From an uncultured Desulfobacter sp. (GTDB taxonomy: Bacteria; Desulfobacterota; Desulfobacteria; Desulfobacterales; Desulfobacteraceae), in assembly GCA_963665095.1 (NCBI GenBank), contig OY762069.1, positions 4,768,001 through 4,832,000 on the forward strand: DNA of 64,000 bases. Reading direction: 5' to 3'. Of the stretch, positions 47,558-57,223 are shown one piece after another. The notes below the pieces were generated by a model. That model was not told the DNA's origin, did not search any database, and saw only the letters and a program-made list of their open reading frames with translations. The stretch's first letter is position 1. Each line of letters begins with the position of its first letter. Position numbers and translations under genes: made by a program.

Positions 47558-48328
47558 TTAGGCGTCCCTTGTGGGGACCATATTTTCAAAATATCTGAAC
47601 AGCAGTACCAGGACGCCTGTCAGACACAGATAAATCAATGCCAGCAGCAGCATGGGTTCATACACGATATAGGTCTCCTGTCGGATTTTGGAGATCACGG
47701 CATAAACATCCACCACCGTGATTGTGGCCACAAGCGGTGTTGATTTCAGCTGCAGCACCACCTCCCCGCCCAGGGTTGGCAGGGCACGATGCAGGGCACG
47801 GGGAAGCCAGATTCTTCGCAGTACGGTGAACCGGCTCATGCCGTATGCATGGGCCGCCTCGATCTCTCCATGGGGAACGCCTGCAAATGCACCGCGCATG
47901 ACTTCCCCTTCATATCCGGCAAAAGACATGGTTAAAGCCAGCAGGCCATAGGGCCAGGCCTCCCTGAGGTAGGGCCATAAAAAGGAGCTGCGGATTTCAG
48001 GGATCTGGGGGAACAAAGAGCCCACGCCGAAGTAAATCATCCACAGCTGAAGCAGCAGGGGCGTTCCCCGGATAATGGTACAGAAAACCTTGCTGATTTG
48101 TGCCAGTGGTTTGGGACCTGTGACCTGGAACAGCCCAAGGGGGATGGCAAACAGGATGCCAAGAATACAGGAGGAAACCAGCATCACCAAAGTGATCCAT
48201 ACGCCGGAAAAGAGCTCTCCGTAATACCTGGGCAGCCACTCCCATCGCATGTTTACAGCAATGAGAATAACCAGGAATGCCGCAATGGCCATCAAAAGAA
48301 TACGGTGTGGCTTTAAAAACTGCTTCAT
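47558..48328 (-). CDS. Polar amino-acid ABC permease (HisM-like)
   Basis: IRGTPLLLQL, GEIEAAHAYGMS, LKSTPL. Confidence 0.92.
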   Translation of the reverse strand: MKQFLKPHRILLMAIAAFLVILIAVNMRWEWLPRYYGELFSGVWITLVMLVSSCILGILFAIPLGLFQVTGPKPLAQISKVFCTIIRGTPLLLQLWMIYFGVGSLFPQIPEIRSSFLWPYLREAWPYGLLALTMSFAGYEGEVMRGAFAGVPHGEIEAAHAYGMSRFTVLRRIWLPRALHRALPTLGGEVVLQLKSTPLVATITVVDVYAVISKIRQETYIVYEPMLLLALIYLCLTGVLVLLFRYFENMVPTRDA

Positions 48329-48332
48329 GGTC

Positions 48333-49043
48333 TTACCCCACATCAGGCATGCCCTTACAGGCGTGCCGCTCTAACATTCGTATGCCGATATTGGACAGCA
48401 GGGTGATGATAAGATAAAGAATCCCGGCTGCAGTGAAAAACAGAAAATAGGCTTTGGTTGCCCCTCCGGCCTGGCGGGTGGCAAGGGTCAGTTCAGTAAA
48501 TCCAACAACGGCCAGAAGTGCCGTGTCTTTTGTTGCAATAAGCCAGAGGTTGGAGAGCCCGGGAATGGCATGGGGCAGCATGGCCGGCAGGGTAATGCGC
48601 CTGAGCAGCAGACCGGTTCCCATGCCATAGGCCCGGCCTGCCTCAATCTGTCCCGGGTTGACAGCGTTAATCGCCCCCCGGATGACCTCTGTGGAATATG
48701 CCCCCTGGACCACACCAATTACAGCGATTCCAGCCACAAATCCGTTAATATCGACTGGCCGCGAACCAAAAAAGACCAGGAGGCGGTTTAACACATCTGA
48801 GCCGGCATAAAATAAAAGGACGATCAGAACCAGTTCGGGTATGGCCCGGATCATGGTGGTATACACCTCCAGAATATCCCGTATGACAACCCCGCCGTAC
48901 AGCTTTCCAAAGGCGCCGCCGATACCGATCAGCAGGCCTACAAAATATCCTCCAAAGGCAACGGTTACTGACATGAACAAGCCTTTGAGCAGCAGGCCTC
49001 CCCATCCGGGGGGGGACAATGCAAGCAGTTCCAGGGCAGTCAT
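48333..49043 (-). CDS. Polar amino-acid ABC permease (HisQ-like)
   Basis: IRAIPELV, GQIEAGRAYGM, KDTALL. Confidence 0.92.
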   Translation of the reverse strand: MTALELLALSPPGWGGLLLKGLFMSVTVAFGGYFVGLLIGIGGAFGKLYGGVVIRDILEVYTTMIRAIPELVLIVLLFYAGSDVLNRLLVFFGSRPVDINGFVAGIAVIGVVQGAYSTEVIRGAINAVNPGQIEAGRAYGMGTGLLLRRITLPAMLPHAIPGLSNLWLIATKDTALLAVVGFTELTLATRQAGGATKAYFLFFTAAGILYLIITLLSNIGIRMLERHACKGMPDVG

Positions 49044-49093
49044 AGGATAAAATGCCTCCTCATTCTTGGTTTACAAAATGGCGTATGGAAATA

Positions 49094-49174
49094 AAAAGGG
49101 ACTTAGGCCGGACATTTCACATCGTGTTCTGCTCTAATGATCATGGAATATCCGGTGGTGCATAAGTCCCTTTT
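49094..49174. repeat. Terminator-like stem with a ~46-bp REP-like element in its loop
   Basis: Outer arms aaaagggactta / taagtccctttt; inner cggacatttcac...atggaatatccg resembles 60643..60691 in reverse. Confidence 0.65.
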
Positions 49175-49199
49175 GCTGGTCTGTGGCAATATTTAAATT

Positions 49200-49976
49200 T
49201 TAATCGCCGTATACGTCCACTTTAAAATATTTTTTGGTGATTTTCTGGTATTGTCCGCTGGCACGGATGGCTTTGATGGCGGCATTGATTCTGGCTTTAA
49301 GTGCATCATTGCCTTTCCGCATGCCAACTCCCACGCCCCGGCCCAAAACGGCTGGATCGGCAGCAGCAGAGCCTTTCAGGTCACAGTATGCCTTGCCATC
49401 TTCGGTTTCCAGAAATTCAATCATGGCCAGGGAATCTGCCTGAGTGGCGTCAATACGGCCGGCTATCAGATCCTGGTTGGCCTCATCCTGGGTCTGATAG
49501 GTTTTGATTTTGGACTTGGCATAATGCTTGGTGGCATAGGCTGCATGGGTGGTTGCGACCTGAACCCCAATGATCTTGCCTTTAAGCCCTTCAGGCGTGG
49601 TATCAAATTTCATGTTTTTGTTGCCCACCACATAGGCTGGTGTCTGAAAATATTTTTCCGAGAAATCAATGGTTTTTAATCTCTCTTCCGTGATGGACAT
49701 GGAACCGATAATCAGATCCACTTTTTTTGATACCAGGGCAGGGATAATTCCGTCCCAGGCAGTTGGTGCCAGTTCGTAATCCAGCCCTGCGGCGGTACAG
49801 ATGGCATCAATAATTTCAATTTCCCAGCCGGTCCATTTGCCGGAGGCATCCGGTACGGTGAACGGCGGGTAAGGTTCAGCTCCGAACGCGACCCTGACTT
49901 TTTCCGCAGACGCCACACCGGCACTCAGGGTGACCATCAACGCAACCAAAAACAATCTTTTCAATAATTGAGCCAT
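49200..49976 (-). CDS. Polar amino-acid ABC substrate-binding protein
   Basis: EPYPPF, WDGIIPAL, SMSITEER, IGVQVATTH, DLIAGRID. Confidence 0.93.
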   Translation of the reverse strand: MAQLLKRLFLVALMVTLSAGVASAEKVRVAFGAEPYPPFTVPDASGKWTGWEIEIIDAICTAAGLDYELAPTAWDGIIPALVSKKVDLIIGSMSITEERLKTIDFSEKYFQTPAYVVGNKNMKFDTTPEGLKGKIIGVQVATTHAAYATKHYAKSKIKTYQTQDEANQDLIAGRIDATQADSLAMIEFLETEDGKAYCDLKGSAAADPAVLGRGVGVGMRKGNDALKARINAAIKAIRASGQYQKITKKYFKVDVYGD

Positions 49977-50017
49977 TTCCATCTCCTTTTTAAAATATGG
50001 TGATTATTTAAGTCCGG

Positions 50018-50803
50018 TTATCCAATGGAACAGATAAACCGCTTTAAGTGCTCGGATTCAGGAGATCCAAAAATAGCTTCGGGCTCTCCTTCTTCTTCTA
50101 TAATGCCGTTGTGCAGAAAGACGATGCGGTTGGCCACTTCCCTGGCAAATTTCATCTCATGGGTGACCAGAAGCATGGTGCGGCCTTCTTCGGCAAGATC
50201 CCTGATGACCGAGAGAACCTCGCCGATCAGCTCAGGATCAAGCGCGGATGTGGGTTCGTCAAACAGCATTACCTCCGGTTCAATGGCCAGAGCCCGTGCA
50301 ATGGCAGCCCGCTGCTGCTGTCCTCCGGAAAGAAAGGCAGGATAGGTATCCCGTTTTTCGAATAAACCAACCCGTTTGAGCAGGGAATCCGCCATCACTA
50401 TTGCTTCGTCCTTTGATTTGCCCAGGACATGGACCGGCACCTCAATGACGTTTTCCAGCAGGTTCATATGCTGCCATAAATTAAAACTCTGGAACACCAT
50501 GGCCAGCCGGGTCCGGATTCGGCGGATCTGGTTCTGATTGGCCGGTTTTAACCCGCCCTTACCGTCATTTTTCATTTCGATCAGCTCGCCATGAACTTTA
50601 ACAGCACCGCTGGTGGGTGTTTCCAGCATGTTGATGCACCTGAGCATGGTTGATTTTCCAGATCCGCTGCCGCCGATGATGGCAATTACATCACCCTGAC
50701 AGGCTGTAAGGGAAATCCCTTTTAACACGCCAAACTGCCCAAAAGACTTATGAAGGTCGGTGACTTCAATTACTTTTGTTGAATTGCCTGCTGATTGTGC
50801 CAT
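50018..50803 (-). CDS. Polar amino-acid ABC ATPase (HisP-like)
   Basis: GGSGSGKST, LSGGQQQR, FDEPTSALDPE, VTHEM. Confidence 0.94.
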   Translation of the reverse strand: MAQSAGNSTKVIEVTDLHKSFGQFGVLKGISLTACQGDVIAIIGGSGSGKSTMLRCINMLETPTSGAVKVHGELIEMKNDGKGGLKPANQNQIRRIRTRLAMVFQSFNLWQHMNLLENVIEVPVHVLGKSKDEAIVMADSLLKRVGLFEKRDTYPAFLSGGQQQRAAIARALAIEPEVMLFDEPTSALDPELIGEVLSVIRDLAEEGRTMLLVTHEMKFAREVANRIVFLHNGIIEEEGEPEAIFGSPESEHLKRFICSIG

Positions 50804-51003
50804 GGGCTCCTTTCTGTATTGTTCAACACTTTTTGATCAACAATGCTAATAAGTACAAAAATACTCTGATAGGAGTAGGATGGTAGACTCTTTTTGTCAA
50901 GAAAAGTATGAACATTTATTACAAAAAATGTTTCTTTTCATTTGATGGTCGAGCAACTGACACAAAAAGACGCCTTTGGAATTTTTTGCTTTAAACTGAA
51001 GTT

Positions 51004-51104
51004 TGATGGCTCCGTAAAAAGTCGAAAAGGCGAAACTGATATTTATAAATTCAGTATGTTATATCAAAAAATTTGCGAAAATAGGACTTTTTACGAGTGC
51101 ATCA
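51004..51104. mobile_element. MITE-like element with 20-bp imperfect terminal inverted repeats
   Basis: tgatggctccgtaaaaagtc ... gactttttacgagtgcatca (16/20 match), AT-rich interior, no ORF. Confidence 0.55.
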
Positions 51105-51187
51105 GGTTTAGCTGTGGCGGATTCTTGCAAACTATGACAAGGGCGTCTGGTAACAGGTTCCAGCCTGGACGAAACCCCCGCGTTTGG

Positions 51188-51239
51188 TGTTTGAACGGCT
51201 CGAAGAGGGGTATGCGCCCCGCTTCGAGCCGTTCAAATA
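51188..51239. terminator. Long hairpin right after the DUF364-like stop
   Basis: tgtttgaacggctcgaagagggg-tatgcg-ccccgcttcgagccgttcaaata. Confidence 0.7.
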
Positions 51240-51983
51240 TTAGATGGTGATATTCACCTTATCTGCATATGGTATAAACATCCTGGTGCCGCCGCCCTCC
51301 ATAATGGCGCTGATCAGACTTTGGTTTTCCCGGACAATGATACCTGATGCACAGGTGACAGGGGTGCCTTGGTAACATTCCGGGGCCAGCGGGGTGGAGG
51401 GTCCCAGCACAGCCACATGTTGGCAGCTGGCCGCATGAACCAGGAGATCATCAAAGGTTTGATTGATAATGGAGGTAGCTGTGATCAGGGCCACATCACA
51501 CTCCGGCAGCCGGTCAGGAATGCTATCTGACGGATGAATGCCGGAAGATGCGTCCGGGTGCATGTCAAAGACCGTCAGCTGGGCCCCACGTTTTTTGATT
51601 ACCGGTACCAGGGGCTTGAATTCGCCCACCATGCCGACTTTTATGCCCGGTTCCAGATGCAGGTGGTCCAGGATATCCCCGGTGGCGGAAGGGGTTGCCC
51701 GCCGGCTGAATATCGCATTGGCAACCGCTGTACACACGCTGTTGGCAAGGGGGCCTTTCCCTGCGAAATCAAGCAGCTCAGATACCTTTGAGCCTGCCAG
51801 GGGGCGTTTGGGAAGGTTGTGGGTACAGTCCCCTTTACCGGGGCTCCCTCTGAATATATAGGCCACACCGGCAGCACCGTTTTCAAGTTCTGCGCAACAA
51901 TAGGCCAGGCCCACATAAACAGCCTTTACCGTCTCATTTCCACCCCAATTTCTGGCCTGTTCCGCCAGTTTTTCTATAAACAT
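51240..51983 (-). CDS. DUF364/DUF4213 Rossmann-like putative metal-chelation protein
   Basis: GLAYCCAEL..GAAGVAY, AVANA, VGMVGEF, ALITATSIINQT, LGPSTPL; RBS gaggga. Confidence 0.8.
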   Translation of the reverse strand: MFIEKLAEQARNWGGNETVKAVYVGLAYCCAELENGAAGVAYIFRGSPGKGDCTHNLPKRPLAGSKVSELLDFAGKGPLANSVCTAVANAIFSRRATPSATGDILDHLHLEPGIKVGMVGEFKPLVPVIKKRGAQLTVFDMHPDASSGIHPSDSIPDRLPECDVALITATSIINQTFDDLLVHAASCQHVAVLGPSTPLAPECYQGTPVTCASGIIVRENQSLISAIMEGGGTRMFIPYADKVNITI

Positions 51984-52013
51984 GATGTGTTCCCTCTTAT
52001 TAGTCTGCGTATG

Positions 52014-52145
52014 GAAGTGTTTGGGCGAAGAGTTGCCCAGATGCAAAGTGCAGAAAAATTTGCAACCGGAGCAACCTCTCGGTTGTGAGGATTGCAGATT
52101 TTTCTGCAACGCCGCAGGTGGGTGAGTCTTTGTTCAAACACCTTC
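52014..52145 (+). repeat. Structured dispersed repeat, copy B
   Basis: Nested stems gaagtgtttggg/ttcaaacaccttc, tgcagaaaaatttgcaa/ttgcagatttttctgca and gcaacc/ggttgt; identical blocks shared with 25583..25734. Confidence 0.8.
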
Positions 52146-52964
52146 TTTTCGCATGGTTAGATACCGTATTATAAGCAGGCCCAGCAGCACGCCGTACACA
52201 AGAAAAAATATCCGGGCCAAAGGATTAATGCTGTGGTGAATTTCCACCCCGATGCGGTCCGAGTCCTTGGCAATGAAAAAACCAGCCAGAAAGAAATAGT
52301 TTGATCCCACACGCACCGGCGACATCATTTTCAGCTCCGTTGCCGGTACAGTCTCGTCTGCGCCCTTATTCACAGGGCGTGTTGTTTTCGTTACCTGGAT
52401 ATGGGCCAGGTTTTTCTCCTTTGAGAACTTTTTTGCCGGGATGGCAAAGCTTTTCTTTTTCCGGCCCTTTCCGTTTTCCCGGATCAGGGAAAGGTCACTG
52501 ACAAAAGAGACATCTTTGACTGTCACGGTAAATTCGCCCATTACTGCGGACTGTCCCGGATAAAGCTTGATGGGCTGGTGACGCTCAATCATGGTCATGT
52601 CCATGGCATGGAGCAGGATCACCACAAGGGCTGTGATGTGGATCAGGGTCATCTGGATGGATCTGCGCCGTTTTTCTCCTTCATGGCCTTTAAGCTTGCC
52701 AAGGATCTTAATCTGGGAATAGGTGCAGCAGGCCGTATTGATGAAAAGACAGGCCCCCACGGCAAAAAAGATAAGCAGCCAGGTCGGCAGCACAAATGTT
52801 TCAGTGATAAGCCCTATACAGTGGCGCAGGTGGGTGGTGTTCATCTCCCGGAAAACGTTATAATAGTCATCCACCGAAGTAAGACCGCTGCCAACGCCAC
52901 AGATCAGAGCCAGCAAAGCAAAGAAAAGGTAACTGGCCTTTAGTGAAAAAAAGAACGATTTCAT
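52134..52964 (-). CDS. ResB/Ccs1-like membrane protein
   Basis: FFSLK start, LFINTACCT (ResB N..C motif), LIHITALVVILLH TM His, periplasmic beta domain, C-terminal TM. Confidence 0.6.
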   Translation of the reverse strand: MKSFFFSLKASYLFFALLALICGVGSGLTSVDDYYNVFREMNTTHLRHCIGLITETFVLPTWLLIFFAVGACLFINTACCTYSQIKILGKLKGHEGEKRRRSIQMTLIHITALVVILLHAMDMTMIERHQPIKLYPGQSAVMGEFTVTVKDVSFVSDLSLIRENGKGRKKKSFAIPAKKFSKEKNLAHIQVTKTTRPVNKGADETVPATELKMMSPVRVGSNYFFLAGFFIAKDSDRIGVEIHHSINPLARIFFLVYGVLLGLLIIRYLTMRKEGV

Positions 52965-53728
52965 ACCTGCACCACCTTGGAAAAGATCATACCCGAGGCC
53001 ACCAGTGCCAGGGGCAGAAACAGGGCAAAGGCCTGGGCTTTGGCCGATGAAAAAACAGACCGGGGAACATGAAGGGCCACCATGAACAGGACAAAGACCA
53101 TGGCGGAGAATAAAAAGTTGCCGCTCCAGCGCCAGGTGGTGCCCCATCCCATGAAGCCCCAGTAGCAGCCGGCAATTTCACCGCCCAGAAAAATCAGGGC
53201 TGCCAGCATGGCTGCCTGTTTGGCCTCTGCCGTTGCCTGGGGCTTAAAGGTGCCTTTCCCCCAGAGAATGTCAGGGGCGCTTCCCAGGGCAAACAGGGTC
53301 AGGCCCAAGCTCAAAGGCCTGGAGAGAAAAAACGCTTTGGCATAAATATAACTCATCATAAAGGTGTCATGGCGGAACTCTTCAGGCACCATGGACAAAA
53401 GAGCTAAAAGAACCAGAAAGACCCCGCTTGCCCGCAGCCGCAGGCTTTGGCGGCCACGATCTGTCTTCAGGCAGAACGACTGCCAGATGCACAGGATAAG
53501 TCCTGCAAAGGTGAAATTGGGTGCAATTCCTGAAAGAGATGTCAGGCCGTACGCAGACAGAAAAAAGAAAGACTGCATGATCCAGCCAAGCCCCACCACG
53601 GGCCAGGCCACAGCCGCCAGCCGGTTTTTTCCGGCCACAACCGCCAGTATCCCCAAGATCACATTCAGCCGGGCACACATAAGATAGCCGGTCATGGGAT
53701 CAGACCATATTGAAAGTTCACACATCAT
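52961..53728 (-). CDS. CcsA/ResC-like heme-handling membrane protein, divergent
   Basis: IAGCYWGFMGWGTTWRWSGNF...VALHV resembles the WWD motif G..WA..AWG.YW.WD...YLH. Confidence 0.65.
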   Translation of the reverse strand: MMCELSIWSDPMTGYLMCARLNVILGILAVVAGKNRLAAVAWPVVGLGWIMQSFFFLSAYGLTSLSGIAPNFTFAGLILCIWQSFCLKTDRGRQSLRLRASGVFLVLLALLSMVPEEFRHDTFMMSYIYAKAFFLSRPLSLGLTLFALGSAPDILWGKGTFKPQATAEAKQAAMLAALIFLGGEIAGCYWGFMGWGTTWRWSGNFLFSAMVFVLFMVALHVPRSVFSSAKAQAFALFLPLALVASGMIFSKVVQV

Positions 53729-55073
53729 GTTCCTCGTTGTTTAAAAATCGGTTAATCTGTTTTGCTGCATTCGGATCAGATACCCGGACAATCACCGGGT
53801 CGGCAAGGAGCCAGCGGCGGCAGACAGCTTCAATGAATTCCGTACGGACCACCCAGATGTGGCGCAAGGTTTTCACAGAGAGCAGCGGCGAAAGATACGG
53901 GGCAAAGTTCTTCCCCTTGAGTTCAAAACGCCCCACTTCATCCACAACCACACAATGGCGGAAACTGTTTTCCAAAGGATCCAGAGCGGTTCGGGCCAGG
54001 GCCATCCCCTGTTCATCAAAAAGAAAATGGCTGGTAGGGGTATTGTTGGCCCGCCGGGCAAAGGGGGCAGACTGCTTTGTGGCAAGGCAGTGCAGGTCAC
54101 TTTGAAACCGAAGTCCCTCTTTGAAAAATCCCGGGCAGGTAAATCCGCCGAAATCCAGATGGGGGTTCTCTTTGATCACCTGGTGGAGCAGGGTGGTTTT
54201 TCCCTGGCCTGATTCCCCTGTGAGCAGCAGCACCCGGCCCTTGAAATCCGGGTGGACAAAGGCGGGTACAAGGCCTGGGGGGCCAGGGCCCCGGCTCTGC
54301 CAGGCCGCCATGCCGTACAGGCGGCTGATGGCCGGGCCGGTCAGGGTTTCCTGTACCGGGCCTGAATCCAGAATCCGTCCCCTGTGAAGGAGCACGGCCC
54401 GGTCGGCAAACATCAGGGCATGGTTGGGGTCGTGAAGGCAGGCCACCACGCAGGAGTTGTGATCCTTTGTCAGGGCTTTGAGCCAGGCCAGCATCCGGAA
54501 ACGGTTGCTGTAGTCCAGGTGGTTGGTGGGTTCATCCAGGAAAATGATCTTCCGGGACTGCACCAGGGCCCTTGCCAGCAGCACCATCTGTTTTTCCCCG
54601 CCGGAAAGATCCGTATAGGTTCTTTGGGCCAGATGGGATATCTGCAACTCTTCAAGCACGGCCCGGGCAGCTGTTTCATCCTCGTTTCCCGGTGCCCCGA
54701 AACTGCCTAAAAATACGGTGCGGCCCATGACCACCACCTCAAGCACGGAAAAGGGAAACATGTCCTCATGCTCCTGGGGCACAAAGCTGACCCGCCGGGC
54801 AATATCCCTGCGGCCGGCGGAACCCGGGTCCAGTCCGCCCACAAGAAGGTGGGCGGCGCTGCAGGGCTTTAAGCCCAGAAGACAGGAGAGCAAGGTGCTT
54901 TTGCCTGCCCCGTTGCGGCCCAGAACCGCCACAAACTCACCTGAATAAAAATCAAGGCTGATCTCTTTGAGCACCTGTCTGCCGGCATAGGAAAAATTTA
55001 AATATTTACACGAGACCAAAGGGTCTTTCATGGGATTTCCCGGGAGCGTGTTCATGGGATCTGTCATGCCCAT
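53718..55073 (-). CDS. FecE-like ABC ATPase fused to a second P-loop NTPase domain
   Basis: GRNGAGKST, LSGGEKQ, LDEPTNHLD; second domain LTGESGQGKTT...VVVDEVGRFE. Confidence 0.85.
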   Translation of the reverse strand: MGMTDPMNTLPGNPMKDPLVSCKYLNFSYAGRQVLKEISLDFYSGEFVAVLGRNGAGKSTLLSCLLGLKPCSAAHLLVGGLDPGSAGRRDIARRVSFVPQEHEDMFPFSVLEVVVMGRTVFLGSFGAPGNEDETAARAVLEELQISHLAQRTYTDLSGGEKQMVLLARALVQSRKIIFLDEPTNHLDYSNRFRMLAWLKALTKDHNSCVVACLHDPNHALMFADRAVLLHRGRILDSGPVQETLTGPAISRLYGMAAWQSRGPGPPGLVPAFVHPDFKGRVLLLTGESGQGKTTLLHQVIKENPHLDFGGFTCPGFFKEGLRFQSDLHCLATKQSAPFARRANNTPTSHFLFDEQGMALARTALDPLENSFRHCVVVDEVGRFELKGKNFAPYLSPLLSVKTLRHIWVVRTEFIEAVCRRWLLADPVIVRVSDPNAAKQINRFLNNEEHDV

Positions 55074-56119
55074 CCCCTGTTTTTGTTTTTATACAGAAGA
55101 AAGGCAAATACCGGCCCGCCGATAAGCGAGGTGATCACCCCTAACGGCAGTTCGGAACTTAGGACGGACCGTGCAATATCATCGGCCAGAACCAGAAAGC
55201 TTGCGCCCAGAAGGGCGGAGCAGGGGATGAGCAGGCGGTGGTTGGGGCCCAGGATGGTTCTTACGATGTGGGGGATTACCAGCCCCACCCAGGCGATCTG
55301 TCCGCAGGAGGCCACGCATACCGCCACCACAAAGGAGCTCACCCCGATGAGAAAGAGCCGCAGCCCTCCGGGATTTACCCCCAGGGCCCGGGCCGCGTCA
55401 TCCCCTAAGGAGAGAACATTAAGCCGGTACCGGTAGAGGTGGAACACGAGGTAACCGCCAATCACCGCAGGCAGGATCTGGATGACATCCGGCCATGAGG
55501 CACCTGACAGGGAGCCCATGACCCAGAACACAATGGCGGGCAACTGCCCCAAAGGGTCTGCCACGGTTTTTACAATCATGAAAAATGCATGGAACAGGGA
55601 GCCTGTGATCACACCGGTGAGTACCAGTACCAGCACCCGGGATGTTTTCACGGCCCGGGCCATGGCAAGGGCCATGGAGACGGCCGTAACCCCCATGATA
55701 AAAGAGAGCAGGCGGACAACGAAAAAAGAGGTGCCCGGGATGACAAGTCCCAGGGCCGCCCCAAAAGTACACCCGGCTGCCACACCTAAAATGTCCGGTG
55801 AGACCAGGGGATTTCTGAATAACCCCTGGTATACCGCCCCGGATACGGACAGACCCGCACCCACCAGCAGAGCCATGAGAATCCTGGGAAACCGGATGAG
55901 CATCAGGACCCGTTCCTGTTCATCCAAACCTTGATAACTGCCTGACAGGATATCTGTTAAAAGGCCTGGAAACCGGACAAGGGCGTTGAGCACATGGGAA
56001 AATGAAATCTCCATGCGCCCGGTAAAACAGGAGATAAAAGCGGCAGCAATAAGCACACCCAGAAAGATAAGAGACACCTTGAGCGCGGAGCTTGCGGGTT
56101 TGGTCCCAGGCCTGTTCAT
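55064..56119 (-). CDS. FecCD/BtuC-family permease
   Basis: IRFPRIL, QGLFRNPLVSPDILGV, FWVMGSL, WVGLVIPH. Confidence 0.92.
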   Translation of the reverse strand: MNRPGTKPASSALKVSLIFLGVLIAAAFISCFTGRMEISFSHVLNALVRFPGLLTDILSGSYQGLDEQERVLMLIRFPRILMALLVGAGLSVSGAVYQGLFRNPLVSPDILGVAAGCTFGAALGLVIPGTSFFVVRLLSFIMGVTAVSMALAMARAVKTSRVLVLVLTGVITGSLFHAFFMIVKTVADPLGQLPAIVFWVMGSLSGASWPDVIQILPAVIGGYLVFHLYRYRLNVLSLGDDAARALGVNPGGLRLFLIGVSSFVVAVCVASCGQIAWVGLVIPHIVRTILGPNHRLLIPCSALLGASFLVLADDIARSVLSSELPLGVITSLIGGPVFAFLLYKNKNRGWA

Positions 56120-57120
56120 TGATCAACAGATCCTGTAACTAAGGGATGTTTTCGGCTGAAACCTTTGCCGAATATGGTATCATACAGGCGATTGATTTCC
56201 GCCTGGACCGTATCTTTCGGGAACAGATCCGGGTGGGTGCAGCCGGCCATCCATAAAATGCCTGCCATGGCCAAAGGAGAGGGAAAATCCCAATAGGTTT
56301 GGGCCGGTACCTCGAAAATGGCCCCTTTTTTTACGGCACTAAGCGCGGAAAATTCCTGGTTTTCAAGTTTTTGTTTCTCCTGCCGGGCAATTCTGTCTGA
56401 GGCGATAATCACCTCCGGGTTCCAGGACAGCAGCTGTTCCCGGCTCACGGTGATGAAAAATCCGTGGGTGTTCTCAGACACATTGGTACCGCCGGCTATT
56501 TTGATCATTTCGTGTTGCAGCATATCCCCGGAAACCGTGGTGAGCAGGCGGGAACCGGCATAGTACACCTTTTTTCGGGGACGTTGTTTTAAAGTGTGGG
56601 TCAGCCTTGCCTCAATGGCCTCCATGGCGCTGATGACGGCATCGGTATGCTTTGTGCGGCCCGACGCCCGGCCAATGAGATCCAGGGACTGTTTAACACC
56701 TGTCATGGTTTCCGGCACGATCACAATGGCTGGAACCCCCATTTTCGTCAGATGGTCTGCCAGCCGGATACCGTCCTTTTGACCGTACATGATCACAAGG
56801 TCCGGTTTTAAAGAAAAAATGGTTTCAAGACTTAACCCGACCGAGCGGTTTCCCACAAGCACGGGCGGGTGGTCCGGATCAACCAGGGCTTCATAGATGG
56901 AGGCGGTGCCGTCCTTGTTGGATGCACCCACAAGGGCGTCGGAAAGATCCGCGCAAAGGGCGAAAAGGGAGGCAGGAATAAAGGTGGTGACAACGCGGTT
57001 GACCGGCTGGGGGATGGAAACCTTGCGGCCGGCCTGGTCCGTCACAACAACTTCCGCACTTAAGCAGACCGTCTGCCAGCAGCAAACCATGGAAAAGACA
57101 AAATAGAGAATTTTTTTCAT
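56116..57120 (-). CDS. Fe-chelate/cobalamin-type ABC substrate-binding protein
   Basis: Signal peptide; TDQAGRKV, LKPDLVI, EQLLSWNPEVII, AVKKG, WDFPSP. Confidence 0.9.
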   Translation of the reverse strand: MKKILYFVFSMVCCWQTVCLSAEVVVTDQAGRKVSIPQPVNRVVTTFIPASLFALCADLSDALVGASNKDGTASIYEALVDPDHPPVLVGNRSVGLSLETIFSLKPDLVIMYGQKDGIRLADHLTKMGVPAIVIVPETMTGVKQSLDLIGRASGRTKHTDAVISAMEAIEARLTHTLKQRPRKKVYYAGSRLLTTVSGDMLQHEMIKIAGGTNVSENTHGFFITVSREQLLSWNPEVIIASDRIARQEKQKLENQEFSALSAVKKGAIFEVPAQTYWDFPSPLAMAGILWMAGCTHPDLFPKDTVQAEINRLYDTIFGKGFSRKHPLVTGSVDQ

Positions 57121-57187
57121 TAAAACTTCCCAAGTTTTTAAGAAAGCAGGATGTTAAAGGAAAAAATAGTCCAAAGCCTGCCTGACA

Positions 57188-57223
57188 ATTTTTAAGGTTA
57201 TGATCATTTTTAAAGTTATGATC
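57188..57223. promoter_or_regulatory. 18-bp tandem direct repeat in a divergent promoter region
   Basis: atttttaaggttatgatc followed by atttttaaagttatgatc. Confidence 0.55.

Noticed and set aside
51984..52109. Cys-rich N-terminal extension of the DUF364-like ORF
   Set aside because: It is the translated repeat element; the true start with RBS is at 51983.
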